From positions 320,001 through 384,000 of the forward strand of contig CAWEYL010000003.1 in the NCBI GenBank assembly GCA_963813335.1: 64,000 nucleotides of DNA, written 5' to 3'. The notes under the pieces were generated by a model. The model saw only the letters and a program-made list of their open reading frames with translations, made no database searches and was not told the DNA's origin. This DNA is from an uncultured Chloroflexia bacterium (GTDB taxonomy: Bacteria; Chloroflexota; Limnocylindria; Limnocylindrales; CSP1-4). How positions within the stretch are numbered: the stretch's first letter is position 1; every line of letters begins with the position of its first letter. Below, in pieces: positions 29,813-40,112 of the stretch. Position numbers and translations under genes: made by a program.

Positions 29813-30583
29813 TCAGCTGGTCGCCACGAGGGCGTCGGCACGCACCGGTGCGACGGCATCTGCCAGATGGCGCTCCGAAGACCGGAACCCCTTGGCGATC
29901 AGCCAGACGCCGAAGGCGACTTCGAAGAGTCCACCGGGGATCGAAAGCAGCAGCGAGACATGGATCCCGAAGATCTCGGCGATCGCGCCAGTGAGGAGGA
30001 CCGCGTAGCCCACGACGCCCCACAGCGCGAGCGTCCGAGGGACCATTCGTGTTCGGAACACAAACCAGGTCATGAACAAGGCCCCGAATGCCAAGGTTCC
30101 CTCGCCAAGCTGGTAGGCCAGCGTATTGGCCTGCATCAGGAGCGATCCGAGCCCCGTGGCCCCGCTGTCGGCGGCGCCGGTGACGAATTCGCTCAGCGGC
30201 ACGAGCATCAGTAGGAACAGCACCCCCAGGTCCAGGAGGACGACTTGGGCGGTGATCGCGGCGAGGTAGACGAGCCCGGTGCGCTTGCCCCGGCGCTCAG
30301 CGATCGGGAAGAACAGCACGCCCTTCCCGATGTCGGTGGCGGTGTTGAGGAGCATGAGGAAGGCGCCGAGCAGCAACGTGGTCGAGTGTGCGGAAAGTGT
30401 GGCCATGAAGTCAGGCGCGGTCGTGACAGAACTCACCAGGCCGAAGCCGATTCCGTAGACCAGGAACCCGGCGATGAAGAGCGCCCCGAAGATCCTCGAA
30501 AAGCGCTTACCGGGCCCCTGCGGGTCCTCGATGGAATGGTTGGTAGAGGCGGCTGTGTCGCGGCCCTGAACGTTGGAAGTCAT
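29813..30583 (-). CDS. DUF4386-type membrane protein
   Basis: R..GALFI, VPR.LA.WG..GY, PGGLFEV.FG.WLI.KGF. Confidence 0.8.
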   Translation of the reverse strand: MTSNVQGRDTAASTNHSIEDPQGPGKRFSRIFGALFIAGFLVYGIGFGLVSSVTTAPDFMATLSAHSTTLLLGAFLMLLNTATDIGKGVLFFPIAERRGKRTGLVYLAAITAQVVLLDLGVLFLLMLVPLSEFVTGAADSGATGLGSLLMQANTLAYQLGEGTLAFGALFMTWFVFRTRMVPRTLALWGVVGYAVLLTGAIAEIFGIHVSLLLSIPGGLFEVAFGVWLIAKGFRSSERHLADAVAPVRADALVATS

Positions 30584-30667
30584 GTCATCTCCTTGTCGTT
30601 GTTGTGTCGTGTCGTCCGGGCCTCACGGCCGCGGTAGGTTGGAAGTGGCACGTGGCGTCCGCCGGCA

Positions 30668-31636
30668 TCACACGGTGATCGCGACCTTCCCCTGCGCATG
30701 GCCGGCTCCGACGTGGTCGATCGCCTGCGCTGCGCTGCTCAGGGGATAGGTACGATCCAGGACAGGCATGACCTTGCCGGCCTCGATCAGCGCCTTGAGG
30801 GCGACGAGATCGGCATGGTTCGTGGAGACGAGGAACCGCCCGAGGCGCTGCGTGCCGAACCGGAACAGGAACGTCGCACGGATGAGCCGGCCCGCACTCG
30901 CGAACCATCGGTTTCCGAAGTTCCCGCCGTTCGGGATGAGCACGCCCGTGGGGCTCAGCGCCCGGCGCAGGCTGGACAGCGAGTGGTTGGAGACGTTGTC
31001 GAGGATGACGTCGTACAGCTTCCCCTTGCTGGTGAAGTCCTCCGCCGTGTAGTCGATCGCGTGGTCGGCCCCGACCGAGCGGAGGAGGTCGAGGTTCCGC
31101 GTGCTCGCGACCGCGGTGACCTCGGCGCCGAGCGCCTTGGCGATCTGGATGGCGAATGTGCCGATGCCGCCTGATGCCCCGTTGATCAGGACCGCCTGTC
31201 CGGGGCGGACCTTGCCGTGGTCCCGGATGGCCTGGAGGGCCACGAGGCCCGCCATCGGGACCGTGGCGGCCTGCTCGAAGGTCAGGTTGGCCGGCTTCAT
31301 GGCCAGCTCGTCCTCGGACGCGGCGGCGTACTCGGCGTACGAGCCGGTGGACGCGCCGAACACCTCGTCCCCGGGCTTGAACCGCGTCACGCCGTTGCCG
31401 ACGGCCGCCACGTACCCGGCAACATCCGTCCCGCGGACGCCGACCTTGGGCCGGCGCAGCCCGTAGACGGGACGCGCGATGTACGGCAGTCCGCTCATCA
31501 CCGCCCAGTCGGCCGGGTTGACGCCGGCGGCACGGACGCGGACGAGCACATCGTGCTCGCCGATCTCGGGTCGCTCGATCTCCCGTAGCGCGAGCGTCTC
31601 GCCTGAGCCGTAGTTGTCCTGAACGATCGCCTGCAT
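30668..31636 (-). CDS. Zn-independent MDR / NADPH:quinone reductase-like oxidoreductase
   Basis: GVNPADW, GTDVAG, INGASGGIG, GHAQGKV. Confidence 0.92.
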   Translation of the reverse strand: MQAIVQDNYGSGETLALREIERPEIGEHDVLVRVRAAGVNPADWAVMSGLPYIARPVYGLRRPKVGVRGTDVAGYVAAVGNGVTRFKPGDEVFGASTGSYAEYAAASEDELAMKPANLTFEQAATVPMAGLVALQAIRDHGKVRPGQAVLINGASGGIGTFAIQIAKALGAEVTAVASTRNLDLLRSVGADHAIDYTAEDFTSKGKLYDVILDNVSNHSLSSLRRALSPTGVLIPNGGNFGNRWFASAGRLIRATFLFRFGTQRLGRFLVSTNHADLVALKALIEAGKVMPVLDRTYPLSSAAQAIDHVGAGHAQGKVAITV

Positions 31637-31828
31637 CGGATCTCCTTCCCTCGGGTCGGCGCCGCTCCTGATCGGAGTGCGCTTACTGCACGCTAGGGAG
31701 GACGCTGCCCTGTTCCATCCGGACGAACACGTACTCGGCACTTAGGACCGCGCGGGACGGGGGACTACGTACCCGCTCGGTGTTCCCCGCGATGTGGTGG
31801 AACCACCGAGCCAGCGACCATCCGGACC

Positions 31829-32203
31829 ATGCCTACCTACTTGATCGAGGTACACATGGCGGACGCAGACACGCTCGAGCTGGAGCGCGCCACGCGGATG
31901 CTGGTAGCCGCTCAGTCCCGGATGCGCGGGCAGGCGAGCTTCGCGCGAATGATGTTCGCTGGTCTCGATCGCGCCGATGGTCGGCTCGTCTACGTGGTCG
32001 AAGCGGACAGCCTCGAGTCGGCCCGACGCATGGTGAGCCTGGCCCTCCTACCACCCGGGCGGATCCGCGAGATCACCAACCTCGCGGACGCGCACCTACT
32101 CGGTGGTCGACACCCACGAGGCGATGCTGACTCTGGAGTTGAAGCCGAGCTTGTTGAGGATGTTGTAGACGTGGGTCTCGACGGTCCGCTCGGACAGGAA
32201 TAG
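31829..32203 (+). CDS. DUF4242-like small protein
   Basis: MPTYLIE start and YVVEADS.E pattern; 3' end overlaps the convergent LuxR gene. Confidence 0.5.
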   Translation: MPTYLIEVHMADADTLELERATRMLVAAQSRMRGQASFARMMFAGLDRADGRLVYVVEADSLESARRMVSLALLPPGRIREITNLADAHLLGGRHPRGDADSGVEAELVEDVVDVGLDGPLGQE

Positions 32204-34408
32204 CCGAGTGGCGATCTCCTTGTTGCTCAATCCCTCGGCAATGAGCGTCGCGACCTCTCGCTCACGCTTGCCAAGCGGATCGGGCGCACTGGCGGTCGGG
32301 GACCCAGCATCTCGCACGACCTTCTTCCCGAGGGCGAGACCCACGGCACCGTCCCGGTCGAGGCTCGCCCCCGCCTCGAATGCCTTGTTGAAGCGGGCCT
32401 CGCCGAGCACGGCAGTGGACTGCTGTCGAGACTTCGCGACCAGGGGCATCGTGAACGGGCTCGGCTGGGCCCCGATCGCTCGACGCAACATCTCCGACGC
32501 ACCCAAGAGCTCTGCCGCACGCTGCGCGCTTCCCGCCATCGCGGCGGCACTTGCGAGCGCTTCCATCCGCATCGCCAATCCGGGGCGGTCGTCGACGACC
32601 AGGCTGGCATCCAGTGCTTCGATCAACGCCGCCTCGGCCGCAGCGTGATCACCGAGCATCAGGGCACCCATGCCGGCGCTGGTGAGATGCACGCTGAGCA
32701 TGAAGATCTCGTTGCACTTGCGCGAACGCGCAGCGGCGGCGAGCCCGACGTCCCGCATCCGGGTGAAGTCGGCGTCGACGAAGGCCACGAAGGCCTCAGA
32801 CTGGGCGGCCGCGATGAACGACATGTCGTCCCCGAGGCGCGTCGCGAGCGCCGTCGCTTCCGCGGACGTCGCGCGGGCTGCCGGCATGTCGCCGGCGAGG
32901 ACCTCCAAGGCCGCCTGGTTCGCGAGGATCCGCACGAGGAGGCCGTCGTCCTTCGACCGGCGTGCGATCGCGGTCGCTTCCGCGACGGCCTCCAGTCCCG
33001 CCGCATGGTCACCCTGGACGACCGCGAGGGTGATCTTCACGTAGAGCGCATGGCTTCGGATGGCCTCGTCGCCACCGCGCCGGGCGAGGAGGTCGTCGAT
33101 CCAGTAGACGCCTTCGCTCACGGCGCGGTGTCTCCAGTGTTGGCCTAGTCCGGCCGCCATCGCCAGACCGAGGTCCGTCCCGTCTGGGTCAGCCAGGCAG
33201 TGCCGCAATGCGGCGCGGATGTTGTCGGCTTCGAGATCCAGCTCCTCGAGCCATGCGAGCTGGGATGCCACATCAGGTCTGGCCAGATCGAACTCGGTGG
33301 GTCGGCAGAGGCTCGAGTAGAACGAACGGTGTGCGTCCTTCGCGATCGCCTCCTCGCCCGCTTCACGGAGCCGAAGCAGCGCGAACTCACGCATGGTCTC
33401 GTGGAGTCGATAGCGCGCCCTTCCTGACGTGCCCTCGCGGACGACGAATGAGCGCTCAACGAGATTGGTCAGGACGTCCAGCGCGCTGAACTGCGTCGCT
33501 GTGCCCGCCTGGCCCACCTTCTCGGCTGCCTCCAAGCCGAACGAGCCGGCGAACACGGACAGGCGCCGGAGGACTGCTCGATCGTCGGGACCCAGCAGGG
33601 CGTGACTCCAGGCGATGGTGGCTTCGAGTGTCTGGTGGCGCAGGGGAGCGGTTCTGCTGCTACCAACAAGCAACTGGAAACGGTCGTTGAGACGCTCGAC
33701 GAGCTGCTCGAGGCCGAGGGTCCGCAGTCGCACCGACGCAAGCTCGATCGCCAGGGGGATGCCGTCGAGGCGGCGCGCCAGCTCCATGACGGCGGCCTGA
33801 TTGTCCGGGGTGATCTCGAAGGGTGCGCCGGCTTCCCGTGCACGCTCCACGAGCAAGGCGACGGCTTCCGACTGGGCGATCCGGTCGGGCGCCGCATGCC
33901 CCTCGGCGTCCGGGACCGACAACGGGCCGACCTGGATGACTGTCTCTCCGTTGACGCCGAGTGCCTGTGTGCTGGTCGCCAAGATCCGGAGAGACGGCGC
34001 CTCCCGCAGAACCGCATCGGCGAGCACCGCGCAGGCGTCGAGAAGGTGCTCACAGTTGTCGAGGACGAGCAACAACCGTTTGGAGGAGACGTACTCGATC
34101 AACCGGGACAGAGGCCACTGGCTCGACTCATCGCGAAGCCCGAGCGATGTCATGACCGTCTTCGTGACGAGCTCTGCATCCTCCAGACCGGCGAGCTCCA
34201 CGAGCCACACACCGTCCGGAATGCCGCGCCGGAGGTCAGCTGCCGACCTCAGGGCGAGCCGTGTCTTGCCCACCCCGCCCGTCCCGACAAGCGTCACGAG
34301 ACGGGCGGTTGCCAGAGCGGCCTTGATCTCCTGCAGTTGGCGGCGTCGACCGACGAAGGTCGTCAACTCGGCGGGCAGATTCCCCCGCATCGCTGTGGGA
34401 GTGGACAT
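32096..34408 (-). CDS. STAND ATPase-TPR-LuxR HTH transcriptional regulator
   Basis: GNLPAELTTFVGR, GTGGVGKT, LVLDNCEHL, LDGIPLAIELA, C-terminal REREVA.L...GLSNKEIA HTH. Confidence 0.93.
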   Translation of the reverse strand: MSTPTAMRGNLPAELTTFVGRRRQLQEIKAALATARLVTLVGTGGVGKTRLALRSAADLRRGIPDGVWLVELAGLEDAELVTKTVMTSLGLRDESSQWPLSRLIEYVSSKRLLLVLDNCEHLLDACAVLADAVLREAPSLRILATSTQALGVNGETVIQVGPLSVPDAEGHAAPDRIAQSEAVALLVERAREAGAPFEITPDNQAAVMELARRLDGIPLAIELASVRLRTLGLEQLVERLNDRFQLLVGSSRTAPLRHQTLEATIAWSHALLGPDDRAVLRRLSVFAGSFGLEAAEKVGQAGTATQFSALDVLTNLVERSFVVREGTSGRARYRLHETMREFALLRLREAGEEAIAKDAHRSFYSSLCRPTEFDLARPDVASQLAWLEELDLEADNIRAALRHCLADPDGTDLGLAMAAGLGQHWRHRAVSEGVYWIDDLLARRGGDEAIRSHALYVKITLAVVQGDHAAGLEAVAEATAIARRSKDDGLLVRILANQAALEVLAGDMPAARATSAEATALATRLGDDMSFIAAAQSEAFVAFVDADFTRMRDVGLAAAARSRKCNEIFMLSVHLTSAGMGALMLGDHAAAEAALIEALDASLVVDDRPGLAMRMEALASAAAMAGSAQRAAELLGASEMLRRAIGAQPSPFTMPLVAKSRQQSTAVLGEARFNKAFEAGASLDRDGAVGLALGKKVVRDAGSPTASAPDPLGKREREVATLIAEGLSNKEIATRLFLSERTVETHVYNILNKLGFNSRVSIASWVSTTE

Positions 34409-34609
34409 CGTGCATCGCTCCGGGCGTCGGGTCGTTCGTAGTCTGACAGCAACGCCGTCCGTGGCCGCGACGGGTTCCGGCCCTCGCCTGATCGTCCAAG
34501 CGCCCCGTCGCCACGAAAGCGCCGGAGGCGATCGGCCCGCCCGCAGGCTTCGCTACCGACACGTGATCGACGGCTCGCGAGCGGAGCGAGGGTCGCTGCA
34601 CCCCGAGTC

Positions 34610-35725
34610 TCAGTTGACGAGCGGGTAGGTGCCCCAGTCGGCGGGGTAGTCGTCCTCGGGACCGTTCGTGACCCGGACGACATCCATGCCGTCGGCGCGC
34701 ATCTGGAAGAGGTTGGCTTTGGTCTGGCCGCCGCCGATGTCGACCTGCCGGGTGAACAGGATCCGGGTGCCGTCGGGCGACCACTGCGGGTTCCCGAGGT
34801 TCGCCTCATCCGGGCTCGCGGCGATGACGATGGCCGTCGCCGCGCCCGACGCGATGTCGACGCTGTACAGCCGGCCGGCGCTCTCGACAGCGATCGACCG
34901 GCCGTCTGGTGCCCAGTCGCCATCCTCGACCGGGATGTCGCCGACCTGGCGTGCGTTCGTTCCGTCGGCGTCGGCAAGGAAGAGGCGGGGGCGGTCTTGT
35001 GGGGTCACCACCCGCGTGAACGCGATCGAGCTTCCGTCCGGCGCGAAGCCGATCGGGATGTCGTGTCCCCCGTTCGTCGAGGTCGTCAGTTGACGGAGGC
35101 CGCCGCCGTCAGAGCTGCGCAGCGACCACAGACCGGTCTGGCTCGGATCGGTGTCGTTCCATCCTTCGGCCACGATCGACGTCTGATCCACCGACCAGAC
35201 CCCGCAGAAGATGTTGAGCGGGCCGGTCGGGCTCGCGAGGAGACGGAAGCCGGTCCCGTCCCCGTTCATCACGGCGCCGGGGGTGGTGATGAGCTTGCCG
35301 TCGGGCGACCAGTACGGGCACGCGTGCGGCTCGGGCCGAAGCTGGCGCAGACGGGATCCGTCGGGGTTCACGGTGTACAGGACGACGTCGTTCTGCGCCG
35401 GGTCCCACCGGCCGAAGACGATCCGACCATTGGACGGTGGGCCGAAGGGGCGCCCACCGCCGGCAAGCAACGTCGCGAGGATCAGGGCGAGGATCAGTGC
35501 CGCGACCGCGAGCATCGTCCAGGCCGGACTCAGCGCGACTCGCGGGAACCCGATCGTCTTGGCAGTCATCGAGGAACTGCTCAGCGTCGCCCGCCAAGTG
35601 GGCCGCTGCCGACGGTGCGCGACGTGATCGAGGACCGCGTCGAGTTGGCCATCGACCACGGTCCGGTCGGCAAGGCCGTCAAGCGTTGCGCGGAGGGCAC
35701 GTTCGAGATCAGGCGAGGTATTCAT
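34610..35725 (-). CDS. Putative anti-sigma factor with TolB/PD40 beta-propeller
   Basis: Coupled downstream of the ECF sigma; single TM; repeated WSPDG motifs. Confidence 0.8.
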   Translation of the reverse strand: MNTSPDLERALRATLDGLADRTVVDGQLDAVLDHVAHRRQRPTWRATLSSSSMTAKTIGFPRVALSPAWTMLAVAALILALILATLLAGGGRPFGPPSNGRIVFGRWDPAQNDVVLYTVNPDGSRLRQLRPEPHACPYWSPDGKLITTPGAVMNGDGTGFRLLASPTGPLNIFCGVWSVDQTSIVAEGWNDTDPSQTGLWSLRSSDGGGLRQLTTSTNGGHDIPIGFAPDGSSIAFTRVVTPQDRPRLFLADADGTNARQVGDIPVEDGDWAPDGRSIAVESAGRLYSVDIASGAATAIVIAASPDEANLGNPQWSPDGTRILFTRQVDIGGGQTKANLFQMRADGMDVVRVTNGPEDDYPADWGTYPLVN

Positions 35726-36279
35726 GCCAGATGCTCCGCGGTCATTGACGGGATCCGCGCGTCGGCCTCGAGCGAGGCTCTCAACGCGGTCAGGGACCGG
35801 TTGAGCCGTGACTTCATCGTCCCGAGCGGGACGCCCAGCGTCGCGGCCGCGTCGGTCAACGGCAGGTCGAGGTAATAGACGAGGACGATCACGCTGCGTT
35901 GCTCGATCGTCAGGCGACGAAAGCCTCGCTCGATCTCGTCTGAGACCGCATTCGAGTACTCGATGTCGGGGCCGACCGGCTCGTGGATCGGCTCCAGTGG
36001 GACCTCGAGCCGCACGCGCCGGCTGGCGCGCCTGGCCACGTCCTGACAGGCGTGGACCAGGACCCGGTTCAGCCAGGCATCGAAGCGGTCCGGATCCCGC
36101 AGTCCACGCAGGTCGAGCCAGGCGTCAACCAGCGCGTCCTGGACCGCATCCTCGGCTCGACCCTCGTCGCGACAGATGAGCCGGGCGACGGCGTTGAGGC
36201 GACCGATGGACGCCATCGCGAGTTGCGAGAAGGCGTCGCGATCGCCTGCTCGAGCCCGGACGACGAGGTCCCGATCCAT
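35722..36279 (-). CDS. ECF RNA polymerase sigma factor
   Basis: AEDAVQDAL, FDAWL, region 4 LGVPLGTMKSRL. Confidence 0.93.
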   Translation of the reverse strand: MDRDLVVRARAGDRDAFSQLAMASIGRLNAVARLICRDEGRAEDAVQDALVDAWLDLRGLRDPDRFDAWLNRVLVHACQDVARRASRRVRLEVPLEPIHEPVGPDIEYSNAVSDEIERGFRRLTIEQRSVIVLVYYLDLPLTDAAATLGVPLGTMKSRLNRSLTALRASLEADARIPSMTAEHLA

Positions 36280-36311
36280 CTCACCACCTGACGAAGGTGC
36301 GGACGCGTTCC

Positions 36312-36361
36312 GCTGTCATGGTGAACGGCCGAAGCTCGCAGGAAAAGGTTCCATCTTGTCC
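36312..36361 (-). promoter_or_regulatory. Putative ECF promoter, copy A
   Basis: Minus strand GGAACC-N19-CGTTC; 43/50 identical to 37468-37517. Confidence 0.65.
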
Positions 36362-36377
36362 ACGCGATAGGCCCGGA

Positions 36378-37447
36378 TCAACTCGGCGAGATCCGCAGCA
36401 CATACGGCTGACCTTCGGCCGCGACCCAGACCGCTCCACCCGCCACGACGACGTTACCGCACTCGCCATCGAGTATCGAGGTGCCCGACGATGCGTCCCG
36501 TCGCGGCGTCGATCCGCGTCAACCCGCCGTCGGCGACCCAGACGGATCCGAGGCCGACGGCCAGGCCGCCGATGCCTACCTCGGTACCCAGGTCGACCGC
36601 GGTGATGGCCTTGCCCGAGTCGGGATCGATGCGGGACCGACCAGCCCGTGCGGCCCGTGCCGACGCCGATCCAGACCTCCTTGCCGTCGCTCGCCACCGG
36701 GCCGTCCAGCGGTACCCGCAGCCCGACCTTGTTGGTCGCGGCATCGATCCGCACCACCTCATCCATGTTGTCGACGTCCACCCAGACGCCACCGGGTCCA
36801 GCCGTCATGATCTGCGGCCCATTCGGTCGCGATCGGCCCGACCGGGATCGTCGCGACGACCTTGTTGGTCGCGGGATCGATCGCGCGTGACCGCGCCACT
36901 GTGCTCGTCGGCCACCCATACCGACGCCCGCGGTCACGGCCACGCCCAGCGGCTGCGATCCGACCGGGATCGACGCAACCACCTTGCCGGCGACCGGGTC
37001 GATCCTCAGGAGGGCGTCGTGCTCGTAGTCCGACTGCCAGACGGCACCTGCTCCGGTCGTCACGTAGCCGTACTCCATCCAGTCCAAGGGGAATCGTCCC
37101 GTGATGGCGGACGTCGCCAGATCCACGCGCACCAGGCTCGTGGGCTCGTGGACCCAGAGCGACTGGTCGTCGGCAGCGAACCAGCGCGGTCTCGACTGGC
37201 TGACCGACCTGGATCCGGCTCTCGATCTGCGCGCCGGCCGGGATGGACGCGGACGATGACGGAGCCGCACTCGCGATGCCGGTGGCGACTCGACAACGGC
37301 CGTGAAGCTCGTGGCTGACACGCTCGCGGAAGCCGCCGGCGTGGTCTCACGGGACGAAGGACTCGTCGGCGTCGCCGCACAGGCTCCGACTGAGATCGCG
37401 ACCAAGGCGGCGACGCTCGCCCCCACGACCAATGACGGATATCGCAT
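36378..37447 (-). CDS. YncE/Vgb-like beta-propeller lipoprotein with several frameshifts
   Basis: Lipobox VGAC; repeats G.GAVWV...RIDP.T.KV spread over three frames; ends QPYVLRISPS*. Confidence 0.65.
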
Positions 37448-37467
37448 GGAACGGCTCCTCGGTTCGG

Positions 37468-37517
37468 GCTGTCATGGGGAACGGCCGACGTTCGAGGGGA
37501 AAGGTTCCATCTCGTCC
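37468..37517 (-). promoter_or_regulatory. Putative ECF promoter, copy B
   Basis: GGAACC-N19-CGTTC directly upstream of the propeller lipoprotein. Confidence 0.65.
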
Positions 37518-37595
37518 GCGGGAAGGTCCCGACGCGCACGGTGCGGGCCGAGGAGTCCAGTCGATCGGAGCGATCGCTCGACGATCAGGCAGGTA

Positions 37596-37612
37596 TGGTC
37601 GGGGCGAGAGGA
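37596..37612 (-). repeat. tRNA-Pro 3'-end copy (att-like site 3)
   Basis: Exact TGGTCGGGGCGAGAGGA; left flank AGGCAGGTA resembles the tRNA flank AGGCAGGTT. Confidence 0.9.
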
Positions 37613-37806
37613 CTGGACCCGACAGAACCTACCTCATCGACGGTCGCCGACCGGGTCTCCGGCGTGCTGTGATCCATCCAGTGAAGCGACCAGCGTTCCC
37701 GAAATCGGGATGGATCCCGAGTGTCCCAAACGGTCATGACTCAGGACACAGCCGACCGCCGTCGACTGACTGGCCGCGAGACGCTGGATGGACACTGGTC
37801 GGCCTG

Positions 37807-38205
37807 TCAGCCGGCGAGGACGCTGTCCACGCGGATGACCGGCGGATGCTCGAAATGCTTCTTCACCGCACATTGCTCCGCCGACCTGACGACTGCGTCG
37901 GCGTACTTGGCCGGGAACCCTTCGGGCAGCTCGATCGTGACCTGCACGTCGTTGACCAGGTGGGTCGCCGGGTCGAGCTGCATGCGCTGGACCAGACGGA
38001 TGCCCTCCGGCGAGATCCCCCGCTGCCGGCAGAAGCCCAGGACGTAGATGCCCGCGCAGGTGCCGATCGTCGAGAGGAACGTCGCGAAGGGCGTCGGGGC
38101 AGAACTCTCGCCGCCGCCCGCAGCGGGCTGATCGGTGGGCACGACGAATCCGCCGAAGTGCGCGTCGACGCGCGCGCCGCCGGGGAAGTCGATGGTCATC
38201 TCCAT
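37807..38205 (-). CDS. OsmC-family protein
   Basis: TDQP, APTPF..FL..IGTCAG, QCAVKK (two Cys). Confidence 0.88.
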   Translation of the reverse strand: MEMTIDFPGGARVDAHFGGFVVPTDQPAAGGGESSAPTPFATFLSTIGTCAGIYVLGFCRQRGISPEGIRLVQRMQLDPATHLVNDVQVTIELPEGFPAKYADAVVRSAEQCAVKKHFEHPPVIRVDSVLAG

Positions 38206-38232
38206 GGCATGAAACCTCGTTCTGTGGATGTC

Positions 38233-38631
38233 CTATTCAAGGGGTGCGCCGGCCGCGGCGAGGTCCGCCATCCCACCGGCGTCGACGATGTCGCTGAAGC
38301 CAGCCGCGACCATCTGGTCAGCGGCGACAGCGCTCCGCCGGCCGGAGTGGCAGTAGACGAGATAGGCGGCCGACTGGTCGAGGGACGAGATCCGCGACGC
38401 GAAATCGGCGGCCTCGACGCTGATGTTCTGCGCCCCGGCGATATGGCCGGCCGCGTATTCCGCATGGGTGCGGACGTCGATGACGACCCGCGAGTCCAGC
38501 ATGCGCACCGCCTCGCTCGGGTCGACCTTCTGGATGGCGGACCGTGCCGAGGAACCGCCGCATGCGGCAATGGCGATCGCCGCCAGGGCGAGAAGGACGA
38601 CGAGGCCGAAACGAGTGGAACGGTGGTTCAT
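38233..38631 (-). CDS. Rhodanese-domain lipoprotein
   Basis: Lipobox IAAC; IDVRT..EY..GHI.GA; active loop YCHSGRRS. Confidence 0.9.
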   Translation of the reverse strand: MNHRSTRFGLVVLLALAAIAIAACGGSSARSAIQKVDPSEAVRMLDSRVVIDVRTHAEYAAGHIAGAQNISVEAADFASRISSLDQSAAYLVYCHSGRRSAVAADQMVAAGFSDIVDAGGMADLAAAGAPLE

Positions 38632-38759
38632 CCTGATGCTCCGAGTGTCGTGGTCCGTCGGACCTGTCGGTCGACGGGGGGTGGTCGGTTCCTGGGCGAG
38701 GCGACGGTCGTGCCCATCGGCGATGCCATCGACGTGATCGGGCGGCCGCACGAGTCCAT

Positions 38760-39290
38760 TCATCGGTAGCAGATGCCCCCTCTGGCGCGCATCCGAAATC
38801 GCCAGGCCAGCGTGCCGGCAAGGAGGATCAGCGAGACGGCTCCGATGACGGGCTGGAGGGGCGCGAAGACCGTCATGGCCCCGCTGGTCCCGAGCAGGAC
38901 CAGGGCGATCTTGTTGCACACCGGGCAACCGATCGCCAGGAACGCACCGAGGCTGGCGACGGCCCCGAGGGTCGTCCCGTCGCCACCTCCGGCGGCCGTG
39001 CTGGCAGCGAGGAGGAACGCGTCTGGCTCGGCCGGGACGATCGGGCCGGGCGCCGTGTAGGTCGCGCCCAGCAGGCCCATGAGCGGAGCCGACATCAGCC
39101 ATATGGCGATCGCGAACGGCTCGACGGGCACCTGCCGACCGAACACCGGGTTGGGGATGATGGCCGCGACCACGCCGAAGGCGACGACCGACGCGGCCGT
39201 CCAGAGCACGGCATGCACGGCGAAGCGCCGGTCGATGGTTGCGAGCACCGCAGCCGCTGGACAGCCGACCGGCAGTGAACGACCGATCAC
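38760..39290 (-). CDS. Membrane protein with GCPVCNK motif
   Basis: IIPNPVFGR, LAIGCPVCNKIAL..LG..GA, FAPLQP; GTG overlaps the DUF302 stop. Confidence 0.7.
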   Translation of the reverse strand: MIGRSLPVGCPAAAVLATIDRRFAVHAVLWTAASVVAFGVVAAIIPNPVFGRQVPVEPFAIAIWLMSAPLMGLLGATYTAPGPIVPAEPDAFLLAASTAAGGGDGTTLGAVASLGAFLAIGCPVCNKIALVLLGTSGAMTVFAPLQPVIGAVSLILLAGTLAWRFRMRARGGICYR

Positions 39291-39700
39291 GGCCGGTCCA
39301 GCGTCGCGATCACGCGTTGAAGGCGGGCCCTCGCCTCCTCGGCCACCAGCCGGATCGCCGGCAAGTCGACGATACCGAGGATGGCCATCGGATCCATCGC
39401 CTCGACGATCGTGCCCGTGCCGTCTTGGCGGAGGACGACGTTGCAGGGGAGCAGGGCGCCCACGGACGGATCGGCTTCGAGCGCCCGGTGAGCGAGCGGA
39501 GGGTTGCAGGCTCCGAGGATCACGTACGGTGGCCGCTCGATTCCCAGCTTGTCCCGCATCGTCGCCTTGATGTCGATCTCGGTCACGACGCCAAAGCCCT
39601 CGGCGCGAAGGGCGGCCTCGACGGCCGAGCGTGCGCTTGGGAGATCGCTCTTCATGCGCGTGCCGAAGGTGAAGCTGGTGGCGATTGCCATGGGGCTCAC
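39287..39700 (-). CDS. DUF302 domain protein
   Basis: EGFGVVTEID, YVILGACNP, LLPCNVV. Confidence 0.9.
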   Translation of the reverse strand: MSPMAIATSFTFGTRMKSDLPSARSAVEAALRAEGFGVVTEIDIKATMRDKLGIERPPYVILGACNPPLAHRALEADPSVGALLPCNVVLRQDGTGTIVEAMDPMAILGIVDLPAIRLVAEEARARLQRVIATLDRP

Positions 39701-40056
39701 CTCGCGCTGGCCCGGAGAGCAGGCCCATTCGGGCGACGTGCAGGCGGCAGGACCCGCTCCAGGCGGCGCGCCACGATCGCATGGATGATGTCGCAGGCAT
39801 CGGTGATCGCCGGCTCGGCGAGCCGGTAGTACACGGTCGTCCCGGTGCGGCGGCCATCGACGAGTCCCGCCGATCGCATGACGGCGAGGTGTTGGCTCAC
39901 GTTCGGCAGTGCCACGCCGATCGCGGCAGCCAATCCGCCGACGGATCGCTCGCCTCCCCGCAAGGTATCGAGAAGCATGAGCCGTTTCGGGTCCGTCAGG
40001 ACTTTGCAGAGCTCTGCGTGGAGGCGGTACGTCTCCGACTTGTCGTCAAGGTCCAC
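39697..40056 (-). CDS. ArsR/SmtB-family regulator
   Basis: CKVLTDPKRL, VSQHLAVMR.AGLV, VYY; GGAGG RBS before GTG 40056. Confidence 0.9.
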   Translation of the reverse strand: MDLDDKSETYRLHAELCKVLTDPKRLMLLDTLRGGERSVGGLAAAIGVALPNVSQHLAVMRSAGLVDGRRTGTTVYYRLAEPAITDACDIIHAIVARRLERVLPPARRPNGPALRASAR

Positions 40057-40112
40057 GGGATCGGGTGTCCTCCAGGAGGCGGTGCGTGGCGTAGTCCCTA
40101 CGGTACGCCTAT

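Noticed and set aside
37596-37640. Repeats at 37596 and 44821 as additional tRNA genes
   Set aside because: Only the acceptor and T-stem 3' strands match; no cloverleaf can be folded
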